A stretch of 26,295 nt of DNA from a virus. The DNA is taken from positions 1 through 26,295 of the IMG/VR virus record IMGVR_UViG_3300001847_000838; one strand, 5' to 3'. The translations under genes and the position numbers were made by a program. Within the stretch, counting starts at the first letter, position 1. Each line of letters starts with the position of its first letter. This document shows, piece by piece, positions 15,846 through 24,553 of this stretch. Below the pieces are notes generated by a model that worked only from the letters and a program-made list of their open reading frames with translations, did not search any database and was not told where the DNA came from.

Positions 15846-16533
15846 TTTGAGCCAAGATCAAAAGCAGGATATAGAAAACTCACTAGAGCCTGCTCGTACC
15901 TATGGGATGAACCCTAAAGAGATAGACTCTTTAAGAAGGTACATAGAAAGTGGTATGCCCGGAATAATTTCCGTAAAAGATGAGCAAGTAGAGACTATTT
16001 TTAAACTATATATGGAAGGTTGTAGCTACAGCGAAATTTCAATGAAGACCTTCATTAAGAAGGACATAATATTGTTTTTGTCATATAAATATGACTGGTG
16101 TTCTAAAAAACAGGAACGAGTAAGAAGCATCATTGAATCTCTAGACAACAAGATCGGGATGATACGCCTAGAAAGCTCAGAATTTATAGTAGACGTAGCA
16201 AGGTTTATACACGGATATATAAGAGATAGAATTAAGATATACGAAAAAACAAAAGACCCAGCCGTTCTTGATGCTACGGACTGGAAAATGCTTAACCATT
16301 ATTACAAGTGCGTAGAGGTAATGAAGGGATCTAACCCCATGACTCTGCCTACTCAAGGGTCACAACAAACTCCAAACGTCAGCATATATGCTGCTGACGG
16401 GTCTACGGTAAACTTAGGGAAGGAAACTAGCAATACCAACGTTGATCATGGATCCCTCTTAAAGTTCTTTGCAGACTTGGAACGTGCGAAGGAACAACAA
16501 CAAAACGAAAAGAAAGAAAGAAAGGAAAAATAA
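15817..16533 (+). CDS. HTH-containing protein, possible terminase small subunit
   Basis: IFKLYMEGCSYSEISMKTFIKKDIILFLSYKYDW resembles N-terminal TerS-type HTHs, followed by helices and a basic tail. Start uncertain; a later TTG is possible. Confidence 0.5.
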   Translation: MSKAKRLENSLSQDQKQDIENSLEPARTYGMNPKEIDSLRRYIESGMPGIISVKDEQVETIFKLYMEGCSYSEISMKTFIKKDIILFLSYKYDWCSKKQERVRSIIESLDNKIGMIRLESSEFIVDVARFIHGYIRDRIKIYEKTKDPAVLDATDWKMLNHYYKCVEVMKGSNPMTLPTQGSQQTPNVSIYAADGSTVNLGKETSNTNVDHGSLLKFFADLERAKEQQQNEKKERKEK

Positions 16534-17537
16534 TGAGTAAGCTATTATCAATGCTCGCTTTTGTCCTTGCCTTAACGGTATCTACCGCTATGGCAGGCGA
16601 TGGAGCAAAAAACAACACAAATAGTTCTGAGCAAGAACTAACGCTATCTAAAGACAACACAGTGATTTTATCGGATGTTATTGACGATCTGTCGGTAGCT
16701 AAGGTAGTTTCACAAGCCCGACAACTTGATGCCAGCTTAAAAAGTGGATATCCTATTGTTTTGGTGCTCAATACACCAGGTGGAAGCATTCAATCTGGAA
16801 TTGAAATGTTTGAGGCGCTTAAGGCTCTTAATCGACCAGTAAAAACGCTCACTATCTTTGCTGCATCTATGGGCTTTCAGACCGTGCAGCATTTAGGTGA
16901 GCGAAATATCCTAAATTACGGAGTGCTAATGAGCCATAAAGCTTATGGCGGTTTTCAGGGAGAGTTTGCAGATGGGCTTTCTCAGCTAGATAGCCGATAT
17001 GGATTTTGGCTTCGTCGGTTAAAAGCTATGGATGAGCAAACTGTTAGGCGCACAAATGGCAAACAAACGCTTCAATCTTATCGTAACTCTTACCAGAATG
17101 AACTCTGGCTAAACGGCCAAGAAGCTGTAGATAGCGGCTATGCTGACAAGGTTGTTAGCGCTCGCTGTGATTCTTCTTTAAACGGTACCAGAACTCAGGA
17201 CGTAAGCTTTTTTGGGATGACAATCCGACTTTCTTTTAGTGAGTGCCCATTGATTACGGCTCCGCTTGAAGTCGCAGTTCTTGTTCACACAAACGTTGGA
17301 GCCTTGCCGTTAAATGAATTCCTTCAAAAAGGTGGACTAATGCAAACAGATTGTCCTCCTTCTGATTCATCATATTCCTATTCTACTTTTGGGCCTCCAG
17401 TACCAGATACAAAAAAACAAGTTGTATGTGCACTGGATAAAGCTTTGACAGTAGAAAAGGTCCAACAAGAAAAAGACAAGCTAATGTTAAAATACTCTAT
17501 CAATGGTCGCAAGTCTGAAATATTAGTTAAACCATAA
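16533..17537 (+). CDS. ClpP-like (S14/S49 fold) serine protease with N-terminal signal peptide
   Basis: LNTPGGS, FAASMG (catalytic Ser), LMSH (His), ELWLNGQEAVDSGYAD. The N-terminus MSKLLSMLAFVLALTVSTAMA has a signal-peptide layout with an A-x-A site. Confidence 0.82.
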   Translation: MSKLLSMLAFVLALTVSTAMAGDGAKNNTNSSEQELTLSKDNTVILSDVIDDLSVAKVVSQARQLDASLKSGYPIVLVLNTPGGSIQSGIEMFEALKALNRPVKTLTIFAASMGFQTVQHLGERNILNYGVLMSHKAYGGFQGEFADGLSQLDSRYGFWLRRLKAMDEQTVRRTNGKQTLQSYRNSYQNELWLNGQEAVDSGYADKVVSARCDSSLNGTRTQDVSFFGMTIRLSFSECPLITAPLEVAVLVHTNVGALPLNEFLQKGGLMQTDCPPSDSSYSYSTFGPPVPDTKKQVVCALDKALTVEKVQQEKDKLMLKYSINGRKSEILVKP

Positions 17538-17547
17538 AGGATAGGCC

Positions 17548-17808
17548 ATGCCAATGATCAGGTACAAATGTTCTGATGATAAGTGTGGCCATTCTTTTGC
17601 CAAGCTATATAGAAAGGGCACGGATGCTCTTTCAGAGCTTGGTTGCGATAGGTGTAAGGGGAAGGCTAAGCGTATGCTTTCTTCTCCTGCATCTGCATCA
17701 AAGATAACTATTGACAATGGGCTACAGGCTAGGGCAGTAGAGACGTACCCCGATATAGAAGAAGTGATGTCAGAAAGGGCCAGAAAACCTTATGATAGAG
17801 GTGATTAA
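17548..17808 (+). CDS. FmdB-family zinc-ribbon protein
   Basis: MPMIRYKC...CGHSF...CDRC...KRMLSSP pattern. SD AGGA upstream. Confidence 0.75.
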   Translation: MPMIRYKCSDDKCGHSFAKLYRKGTDALSELGCDRCKGKAKRMLSSPASASKITIDNGLQARAVETYPDIEEVMSERARKPYDRGD

Positions 17809-19913
17809 TGTTTAAAATCCTCAAGATACGGTTCTCAAACTTTGGTAGATTTGTAGGAGATCACGAAGTCGATTTCTCTGAAAAATCTAACATAATGCAA
17901 GTAGATGCTATTAACAAAAACACTGGTGGCTCATCCGGATCAGGAAAGACTACAATTTTTTTGGCTTTAGAATACGTGCTAGGTATAAACGATATACCGG
18001 CAACAGCTCTACAGAGCAGGCTGACAAAAGACCCTATGTCCGCTTCTGTGACCGCTTTAATTGGTCAAGAAATATATGAAATTACTAGAAATATAAAGAA
18101 AGGTTTGTCTATAGTATCTGCTTTAAAGTCCGTTTCGGGAAGTAGTTCAATAGCAGAAGATGAACTTCGATCTTTAATAGGGATACCGATAAAGCTATTG
18201 AGGCCATTGATCCATAAACGCCAAAATGAAGGCGGATTCTTTTTATCTAAAACTCCATCAAAGATGCATTCTTTTTTGATGGACTGCTTAGATATGAAGG
18301 ACTATGAGGCCAAAATTAAAAAAGCCGAGTTAGATGAAAATACAGTAGAAGAAACTATAAAAGTTTTAGATTTTGCAATACAAGAAAAAAAACAAGATCT
18401 AATAAGCGCTCAAGCTGTTTTGGGGTCGTTATTAGAGCCTCAAAAAACTATAGAACCAAGCGTAATTTTTGATATAGAAAGTAAGCTAAAAAAAACAGCG
18501 GACTTAGTAAGATCAGAAACTGAAAAGCATTCTATAGAACTATCTAAGATACTTAAACCCGAAGCTCCTGACATTAAAGATAATGAAGATATTTTGTCTA
18601 AAATTAAAGCACAAGAGCTATCAATAACTGAACTTGAACTCTTTATAAAAAGTTCTGAAGATAAAGAGCTATCTTTAAAATTGGACAGGCAAAAGCGTTC
18701 AGTGAGCTTACAGAAAGATCTATCTTTAGCAAAATCTCAAGTAATATCGCTTAAGGCGGCGGCCAAAAACATGGCGGATCAACAAAGAGAATTTGATGCT
18801 ATCAAAAAAGAAATTGAGCATGCAAAAGGAGAATCTTGCCCTACCTGTAGACAAAAACTTCAAGGTGGCAATATGCAGGAAATACTTAGCAGATTAGCTG
18901 ATAGAGCTAAAAGAATATATGTTTCAATACAAGAATCCAGCGCTGCCATCGCTGACCTTCCTTCTTGGGAAAGCAAGATTTTAACCGCAGAAGACCAAAT
19001 AAAGAGTTTAAATTTAGAAATGATACAAGTTAATCCTGAGATAGATAGTGCAAAAAAAGCTATATCGTTAACGAGAACAGGACTTGCCGCTCTTTTTGTA
19101 GAAAAAGATCGATATCGCAATTCTCAGTTGCAAGCTTACAAAGAAACCCTAAAAAGCTATGAGTCTACAATTAGTGCGCTGTCTTCTGAGCATACTTCTA
19201 AGATGGTGTTGCTCAATGGAAGCTTAAGGGCATATGAGATGGCACTTTCTGATGCTAAGATGCGCCTACAAAAAGAATCTTTAGATTTAGAAAGATATCA
19301 AGCAGATATGATTAGATGGAACAAGTCAATATCTCAGATATCCCTACGGTTAGACTCTTTAGAAAAAGAACGTGAAGATGCAAAAAGAAAATTAATAGTA
19401 ACCAAAGAAGCTGTAAGGTTTGTTAAAAGTTATAGCAATCAATTGTTTCAAGATTCTTTATCTATGGTAGCAGAAAATGCCACCAAAATATTGTCTAGAG
19501 TACCAAATACTAGCACTGCAACTATAATGTTTGATTCATCTAGAACTACTCAGTCTGGAACTATAAAAGAAGAAGTGGTACCAGTCCTCTCTATTGATGG
19601 GGAAGTTGGTATTCCGGTAGATTCATTGTCTGGTGGAGAGCGTGCAGCAGTAGATCTTGCTGTAGACTTAGCGGTTATAGATATGATAGAATCTAGAACC
19701 GGAAAAGGCATAGATCTATTTGCTTTGGATGAACCATTTGACGGATTAGATTCTGTATGCAAAGAAAACTGCTTAGAAGTACTAAAGAATCATATGTCTG
19801 ACAGAAAAATAATTATAGTTGATCATTCCAACGAAACAAAGCAAATGGTTTCTGATAAGATAGTCGTAATAAGAGAAGGTAACGTTAGCAGTATAGGAAA
19901 GGCGCAACAATGA
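17808..19913 (+). CDS. sbcC: SbcC/Rad50-like (T4 gp46-like) SMC ATPase
   Basis: Walker A SGSGKTT, long coiled coil with Zn hook CPTC, signature LSGGE, Walker B/D-loop FALDEPFDGLD, H-loop VDH. Confidence 0.92.
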   Translation: MFKILKIRFSNFGRFVGDHEVDFSEKSNIMQVDAINKNTGGSSGSGKTTIFLALEYVLGINDIPATALQSRLTKDPMSASVTALIGQEIYEITRNIKKGLSIVSALKSVSGSSSIAEDELRSLIGIPIKLLRPLIHKRQNEGGFFLSKTPSKMHSFLMDCLDMKDYEAKIKKAELDENTVEETIKVLDFAIQEKKQDLISAQAVLGSLLEPQKTIEPSVIFDIESKLKKTADLVRSETEKHSIELSKILKPEAPDIKDNEDILSKIKAQELSITELELFIKSSEDKELSLKLDRQKRSVSLQKDLSLAKSQVISLKAAAKNMADQQREFDAIKKEIEHAKGESCPTCRQKLQGGNMQEILSRLADRAKRIYVSIQESSAAIADLPSWESKILTAEDQIKSLNLEMIQVNPEIDSAKKAISLTRTGLAALFVEKDRYRNSQLQAYKETLKSYESTISALSSEHTSKMVLLNGSLRAYEMALSDAKMRLQKESLDLERYQADMIRWNKSISQISLRLDSLEKEREDAKRKLIVTKEAVRFVKSYSNQLFQDSLSMVAENATKILSRVPNTSTATIMFDSSRTTQSGTIKEEVVPVLSIDGEVGIPVDSLSGGERAAVDLAVDLAVIDMIESRTGKGIDLFALDEPFDGLDSVCKENCLEVLKNHMSDRKIIIVDHSNETKQMVSDKIVVIREGNVSSIGKAQQ

Positions 19914-20242
19914 GATCCCTTCAAGATATAGAGGCAGATATTCACCTTTTCTTGTTAAAAGTAGATGAAATGAAATACAATGATCGCAAAAGCTTGCTTA
20001 TGGCTATGTTTCAAAAACATATATCTTTAAATGAATCTGAACTTGTACTATCAAAATACGATTTAGACACCATAGTAAACTCAGCGGCATCTATATATTC
20101 TAGCGCTTCGCTACCAACCAACATAAGCGGAAAATTTCTTTTACCAAACGAGGCCGTAAACCTTGCGTTGGTAGAATCAACTATAGAACTATTAAACAGT
20201 AAGGGAGCCATTAAAAGGCTTCCTAAATTTGATCGGAGGTAG
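19910..20242 (+). CDS. Hypothetical protein (110 aa)
   Basis: ATGA-coupled to sbcC. No recognised motif. Confidence 0.7.
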   Translation: MRSLQDIEADIHLFLLKVDEMKYNDRKSLLMAMFQKHISLNESELVLSKYDLDTIVNSAASIYSSASLPTNISGKFLLPNEAVNLALVESTIELLNSKGAIKRLPKFDRR

Positions 20243-20244
20243 TA

Positions 20245-20535
20245 ATGTCCAGTGAACTAGAACAGTCTAAGCTACGTAAAAAAATTCAAAAAGAATACCC
20301 AGATTTTGTTGAAGCCGTTAATGGCATGTCTGTTTTGCAGCTTGAAGCTCGATTGACCACAATGGCAAAACATCGAATAAAAACCAAACAAGCCAAAAAA
20401 GAGGACGAAAAGCTTAACGAGGTTGCTGCAATTAAAGCAGAGCTTGAGTCTCCTTATAATGATACCTTAAAAGCTCTTGATATTCAAAGTGAATATGTAG
20501 CTTTGCTAATAAAGGAAAAAGGTGGCCAAGCTTAA
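20245..20535 (+). CDS. Hypothetical coiled-coil protein (96 aa)
   Basis: Strong SD GGAGGT. Helical K/E-rich sequence. Confidence 0.75.
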   Translation: MSSELEQSKLRKKIQKEYPDFVEAVNGMSVLQLEARLTTMAKHRIKTKQAKKEDEKLNEVAAIKAELESPYNDTLKALDIQSEYVALLIKEKGGQA

Positions 20536-21151
20536 AAAAGAAGCTTCTTTATACGATGCAAATGGGCGCTGGATAGAGGAGCGAGGTCGAATAAAGGGAG
20601 CCATTAGACGCACGTTTCGTCTCTTTCCTCAGCTAAAGGAGGCGAAACAGCGTGCAAGAGTAGAGCTACCCCCTAAAATTCTTAAGGATGGATCCACAGG
20701 AAAGAAAAATCAAGTTAGATATAGGTGTGCAATTTGTCAGGATTTGTTTCCAGATAAATATACCCAAGTAGATCACATATCTCCAGTAGTCCCTCTTTAT
20801 ATGAAAGAAGGAGATATGTCTTATGATCTGATGGTAAAAAATATATGTTGTGGATTAGAAAATTTACAAGTTATATGTTCTACGCCAAAAAAAATAGCTA
20901 AGGATGGTAAACCTAGTTGTCACAACACAAAAACAAATGAGGAGAACTTTATACGAGATATATTGTCAGAAGAATGTAGGTCTGGTAAAGTCGATATGGG
21001 GGCTATACCTTTCAGAATCATAGAACTAAAAGAACAATACAAATCGTACCTTGCTGAAAAAGAAAAGTTACGGCTTGAAAAGCTAAAGCGAAAAGCGGAT
21101 AAAGAAGCAAAAAAGAAGAAAGCAAAGGAGAAAAATGAACCTGTCAAATGA
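20522..21151 (+). CDS. HNH endonuclease-family protein
   Basis: YRCAIC...QVDHISPV...NLQVIC...CHNTKT. GTG start after AAGGAA. Confidence 0.78.
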   Translation: MAKLKKEASLYDANGRWIEERGRIKGAIRRTFRLFPQLKEAKQRARVELPPKILKDGSTGKKNQVRYRCAICQDLFPDKYTQVDHISPVVPLYMKEGDMSYDLMVKNICCGLENLQVICSTPKKIAKDGKPSCHNTKTNEENFIRDILSEECRSGKVDMGAIPFRIIELKEQYKSYLAEKEKLRLEKLKRKADKEAKKKKAKEKNEPVK

Positions 21152-22988
21152 ACTACTTAGCAGTGTAACAGCATTTCGTACTTATGCCAAATATATCCCC
21201 CATCTCCAACGAAGAGAGTCTTTAGAAGAAACCATCAACCGTTCCATGCAGATGGATCTTGAGATGTTTCCTAAGCTATCAAAAGAAATAGTAAAAGCTT
21301 ATGGCTATGTTCATGAGTTAAAAGTAATGCCATCAATGCGAAAGATGCAATTTGCTGGCGAAGCTATTAAAAAAAATCACGCTAGATCGTACAACTGTTC
21401 TTATTTAGTAGTAGATGATCCTAAAGCTTTTTCGGAAGCTCTGTTTCTTCTTTTGTCGGGTTCTGGTGTGGGATATTCAGTACAGGGAAAACATACAGGT
21501 AGACTACCAAAAATTCAACCCCCTAGAGAAGAAGGTATTTTTATTGTTCATGATTCTATTCAAGGGTGGTCTCAGGCTATAGAGGCACTTTCAAATGCTT
21601 ATTTTTATGGGCAAATTCGTCCAGTATTTGATCTATCTAGAATTAGGCCTAAAGGATCTTACTTAGTAACTACAGGAGCTAGGGCTCCTGGCCCTGAACC
21701 TCTTCGTGTTGCTTTGGGCCGTGTAGAGGATATTCTTAAAAAAGCAACGGGGAGAAAGCTTAAGCCTATTGAAGTGCATGACATTATGTGTATTATATCG
21801 GATAGCGTGCTTGCTGGCGGTATTCGCAGAGCTGCTTTGATAGCGCTTTTTGATCGCGATGATCAAGAAATGCTAACATGCAAACATGGCAACTGGTACG
21901 AAAAGTTTCCATGGAGAGCTAGAGCTAACAACAGCGCAATGCTCCTTAGAAGCTCTACTACTAAAGAAGAGTTTATGCACGTTTATAAAATGTGCGAACT
22001 CTCTGGCTCTGGAGAACCAGGTTTTTATTGGACAAATGATCTTGATTATGGCTGTAATCCATGCTGCGAAATTGGGCTTCGCCCATTTCAGTTTTGCAAT
22101 CTTACGACTATAAATATGACAACGGTAGCTAACGAAAAGGACTTTCTTAAACGGGCTCGAGCAGCCGCTGTATTGGGTACCTTACAGGCAGCCTATACAG
22201 ATTTCTCTTATGTTCGTCCTATTTGGCGTGATAATTCTGAAGCAGAAGCCCTATTAGGCGTTAGTATGACCGGTATTGCAGACGTATACCCTATGGTTAC
22301 CGATGAAATGCTTGTAAATGGCGCAAAAATGATCTTAGATACAAACAAAGAGATTGCAAAACGTATTGGTATCAACATTGCCGCCAGAACCACGTGTATT
22401 AAGCCAGAAGGTACGGCCAGCTGTGTAGTAATGTCTAGCAGTGGTATGCATGATAGGGAAGACCATTATTACATAAGGCGTATACGCATGAACTTAGATG
22501 ACTCTTTGTACAAATATCTACAAACAGTAATACCGGAACTTTGTGAGCCAGACTTCTATTCTTCAACTGGTGGGGTAGTATCTATTCCTATTGAATCTCC
22601 AAAGGAAGCTATTATTAGATCTCAAAGCTCTGCTCTTTCTATATTTGATAGAGCATTAAGATTTAATGAACTTTGGGTTGCAAAAGGGCATAGAGAAGGT
22701 GTAAACTCACACAATGTAAGTGTAACAGTAAACGTAAGAAGTGACGAATGGGACAAGCTCGGGGAATCCATGTGGAAAAATAGAAAAGGATATAACGGAG
22801 TAAGCTTGTTGCCTTATGATGGAGGAAATTATAAACAAAAGCCTTTTGAATCATGCAGCAAAGAAGATTTTGATAAGATGTCACAGCTTGTTAAAGAAAT
22901 AGATCTTCGTCAAGTTATAGAGCTAGATGATATGACAAACAGGTCAGAAATCATTGCGTGCGCTGGAGGCCTTTGTGAGATACCTTAA
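21135..22988 (+). CDS. nrdJ: Class II adenosylcobalamin-dependent ribonucleotide reductase
   Basis: SYNC, GSGVG, GGIRRAA, GCNPCCEI, QFCNL, KPEGT and C-terminal CAGGLCE. No ATP cone and no adjacent beta subunit. Confidence 0.88.
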   Translation: MNLSNELLSSVTAFRTYAKYIPHLQRRESLEETINRSMQMDLEMFPKLSKEIVKAYGYVHELKVMPSMRKMQFAGEAIKKNHARSYNCSYLVVDDPKAFSEALFLLLSGSGVGYSVQGKHTGRLPKIQPPREEGIFIVHDSIQGWSQAIEALSNAYFYGQIRPVFDLSRIRPKGSYLVTTGARAPGPEPLRVALGRVEDILKKATGRKLKPIEVHDIMCIISDSVLAGGIRRAALIALFDRDDQEMLTCKHGNWYEKFPWRARANNSAMLLRSSTTKEEFMHVYKMCELSGSGEPGFYWTNDLDYGCNPCCEIGLRPFQFCNLTTINMTTVANEKDFLKRARAAAVLGTLQAAYTDFSYVRPIWRDNSEAEALLGVSMTGIADVYPMVTDEMLVNGAKMILDTNKEIAKRIGINIAARTTCIKPEGTASCVVMSSSGMHDREDHYYIRRIRMNLDDSLYKYLQTVIPELCEPDFYSSTGGVVSIPIESPKEAIIRSQSSALSIFDRALRFNELWVAKGHREGVNSHNVSVTVNVRSDEWDKLGESMWKNRKGYNGVSLLPYDGGNYKQKPFESCSKEDFDKMSQLVKEIDLRQVIELDDMTNRSEIIACAGGLCEIP

Positions 22989-22997
22989 GGAGAAAAT

Positions 22998-23948
22998 ATG
23001 AACACCTTTGATGATCAACGGGAAGATTTTTGGTCAGAATCTGAAGATATTATGGATGAAGAGCAAGCTAGCGCTGTTCTTTCTGGATCATCCACCCTGT
23101 CTACTCCAATAAAAGAAGTTGAAGTAGCGCAAGATATCTTTCAAAAATCTTTATCAGAAGATGATGAGGAAGACCCTAATGCTGTACGCCAGATCATGAG
23201 CGACGCTAGACTTCGTCTTGAGCAAGGAAGGCTGTACGAAATGTTACTTGAACATAGTCTTTTTGGCGACGTTCAAGCTAACCCTCAGGCGGTTAAAAAT
23301 GTAGAAAAAGAGATTCGCAGATTTATTAGGGAAAGATTAGAGATTTTGCTAGGCCTTCGAGAAGACCCTAGACTAATTAAAGATTTTCAATCACAATCAG
23401 CAGGGCAGTTTACTCCTTTTGAGGTTGATTTTCTTAAAAAACTTATCTCAAAAACTACAGGAGGAATATCGCAGCAAGTTCATGCTCCACCTCCAGAACC
23501 GTCTGTATCGGGATCTATACGAAAAATAGGGGCACCTATATCTAAAGCTGTTTCTGTACCTAAAGCTAGCAAACCCTCCAACGTAAGAGTAGCTCCTCCC
23601 AAAAGAGCCCAGCCATCCGCACCCGCTCAGCCAGCTATGACGGTTAAAACCAAACAAGGTTTTATAGAAATTCCTGAAGAAGTTGAAGTCCCACTAGAAA
23701 AACCTGTAAGCAAGATGAAAAGATCTGAGCTTGAGGAACGCAACAGACGAATAGCAGAAAGGCAGGCTAGCAAAAAAGCACAAATTCCTTCTGATAGACT
23801 CCCTACGCCTTCTCCAGACCAAGCACAGGCAATGGTGGTGGCTTCAGTGATGGGGCGAATGCAGAACGGAAAGATGGCTAACGGAATGATGTTAGCTCCC
23901 TTGATAAATAAGATAGTAAATAACAATAATGAAGGAGAATCAGAATGA
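22998..23948 (+). CDS. Hypothetical protein (acidic N-terminus, helical core, P/A/S/K-rich linker)
   Basis: 316 aa with SD AAGGAG. Confidence 0.75.
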   Translation: MNTFDDQREDFWSESEDIMDEEQASAVLSGSSTLSTPIKEVEVAQDIFQKSLSEDDEEDPNAVRQIMSDARLRLEQGRLYEMLLEHSLFGDVQANPQAVKNVEKEIRRFIRERLEILLGLREDPRLIKDFQSQSAGQFTPFEVDFLKKLISKTTGGISQQVHAPPPEPSVSGSIRKIGAPISKAVSVPKASKPSNVRVAPPKRAQPSAPAQPAMTVKTKQGFIEIPEEVEVPLEKPVSKMKRSELEERNRRIAERQASKKAQIPSDRLPTPSPDQAQAMVVASVMGRMQNGKMANGMMLAPLINKIVNNNNEGESE

Positions 23949-24541
23949 GTAATCTAAACAAAAATGACCAAAAGAAAAACCTAACTGCAGCTCAGCGGCT
24001 AGATGCGCTAGAGCAGGGCCTAGCTATGGTGGATAGCACTATAGGTGAGCTTTTTAATACTTTAGACAGAACAACTCGTGCTATCACGCTTCTTTCTAAA
24101 AAGCTTGAAGCTATTAAGCGTGCTGCAGACATAACTGACGATCAGATAGCTAAAATTCTTCAAGATATTGACATTGATGATCTTAAAAGTAGAGTAGATG
24201 ATTTGATCAACAAAAACATGCTCAAACCTTCTGAATTGATTGATATTGAAAAAACGTTGGTAGTAGCCAGAGAGCTTAACCGTAATACAAATGAAATCTC
24301 TAACTTACGCACTCAGTTTTTAACCTTTAACTTACCAGAAAATATAAAGATTTTGTTCTCCGGTAAAAAAGTTGGCGATATTGTTGACTTAGGAGAAAAT
24401 CGAAACCTTATAGAAATCCTTGAGATCTATGAAGTTTTGCTTCCAGAGCCCCCTAAAAATGATATTGAACAAGAATCAGTAGGACAAGAAGCGTCAGAGC
24501 AAACAAGCAAAGAAATTCAGCCAGCAGCTACCTCTGCATAA
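23945..24541 (+). CDS. Coiled-coil protein with C-terminal GreA-CTD/FKBP-like motif
   Basis: SD AAGGAG. N-terminal heptad helices. C-terminal LFSGKKVGDIVDL...IEILEIY motif. Confidence 0.55.
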   Translation: MSNLNKNDQKKNLTAAQRLDALEQGLAMVDSTIGELFNTLDRTTRAITLLSKKLEAIKRAADITDDQIAKILQDIDIDDLKSRVDDLINKNMLKPSELIDIEKTLVVARELNRNTNEISNLRTQFLTFNLPENIKILFSGKKVGDIVDLGENRNLIEILEIYEVLLPEPPKNDIEQESVGQEASEQTSKEIQPAATSA

Positions 24542-24553
24542 AAGAGAATTATT

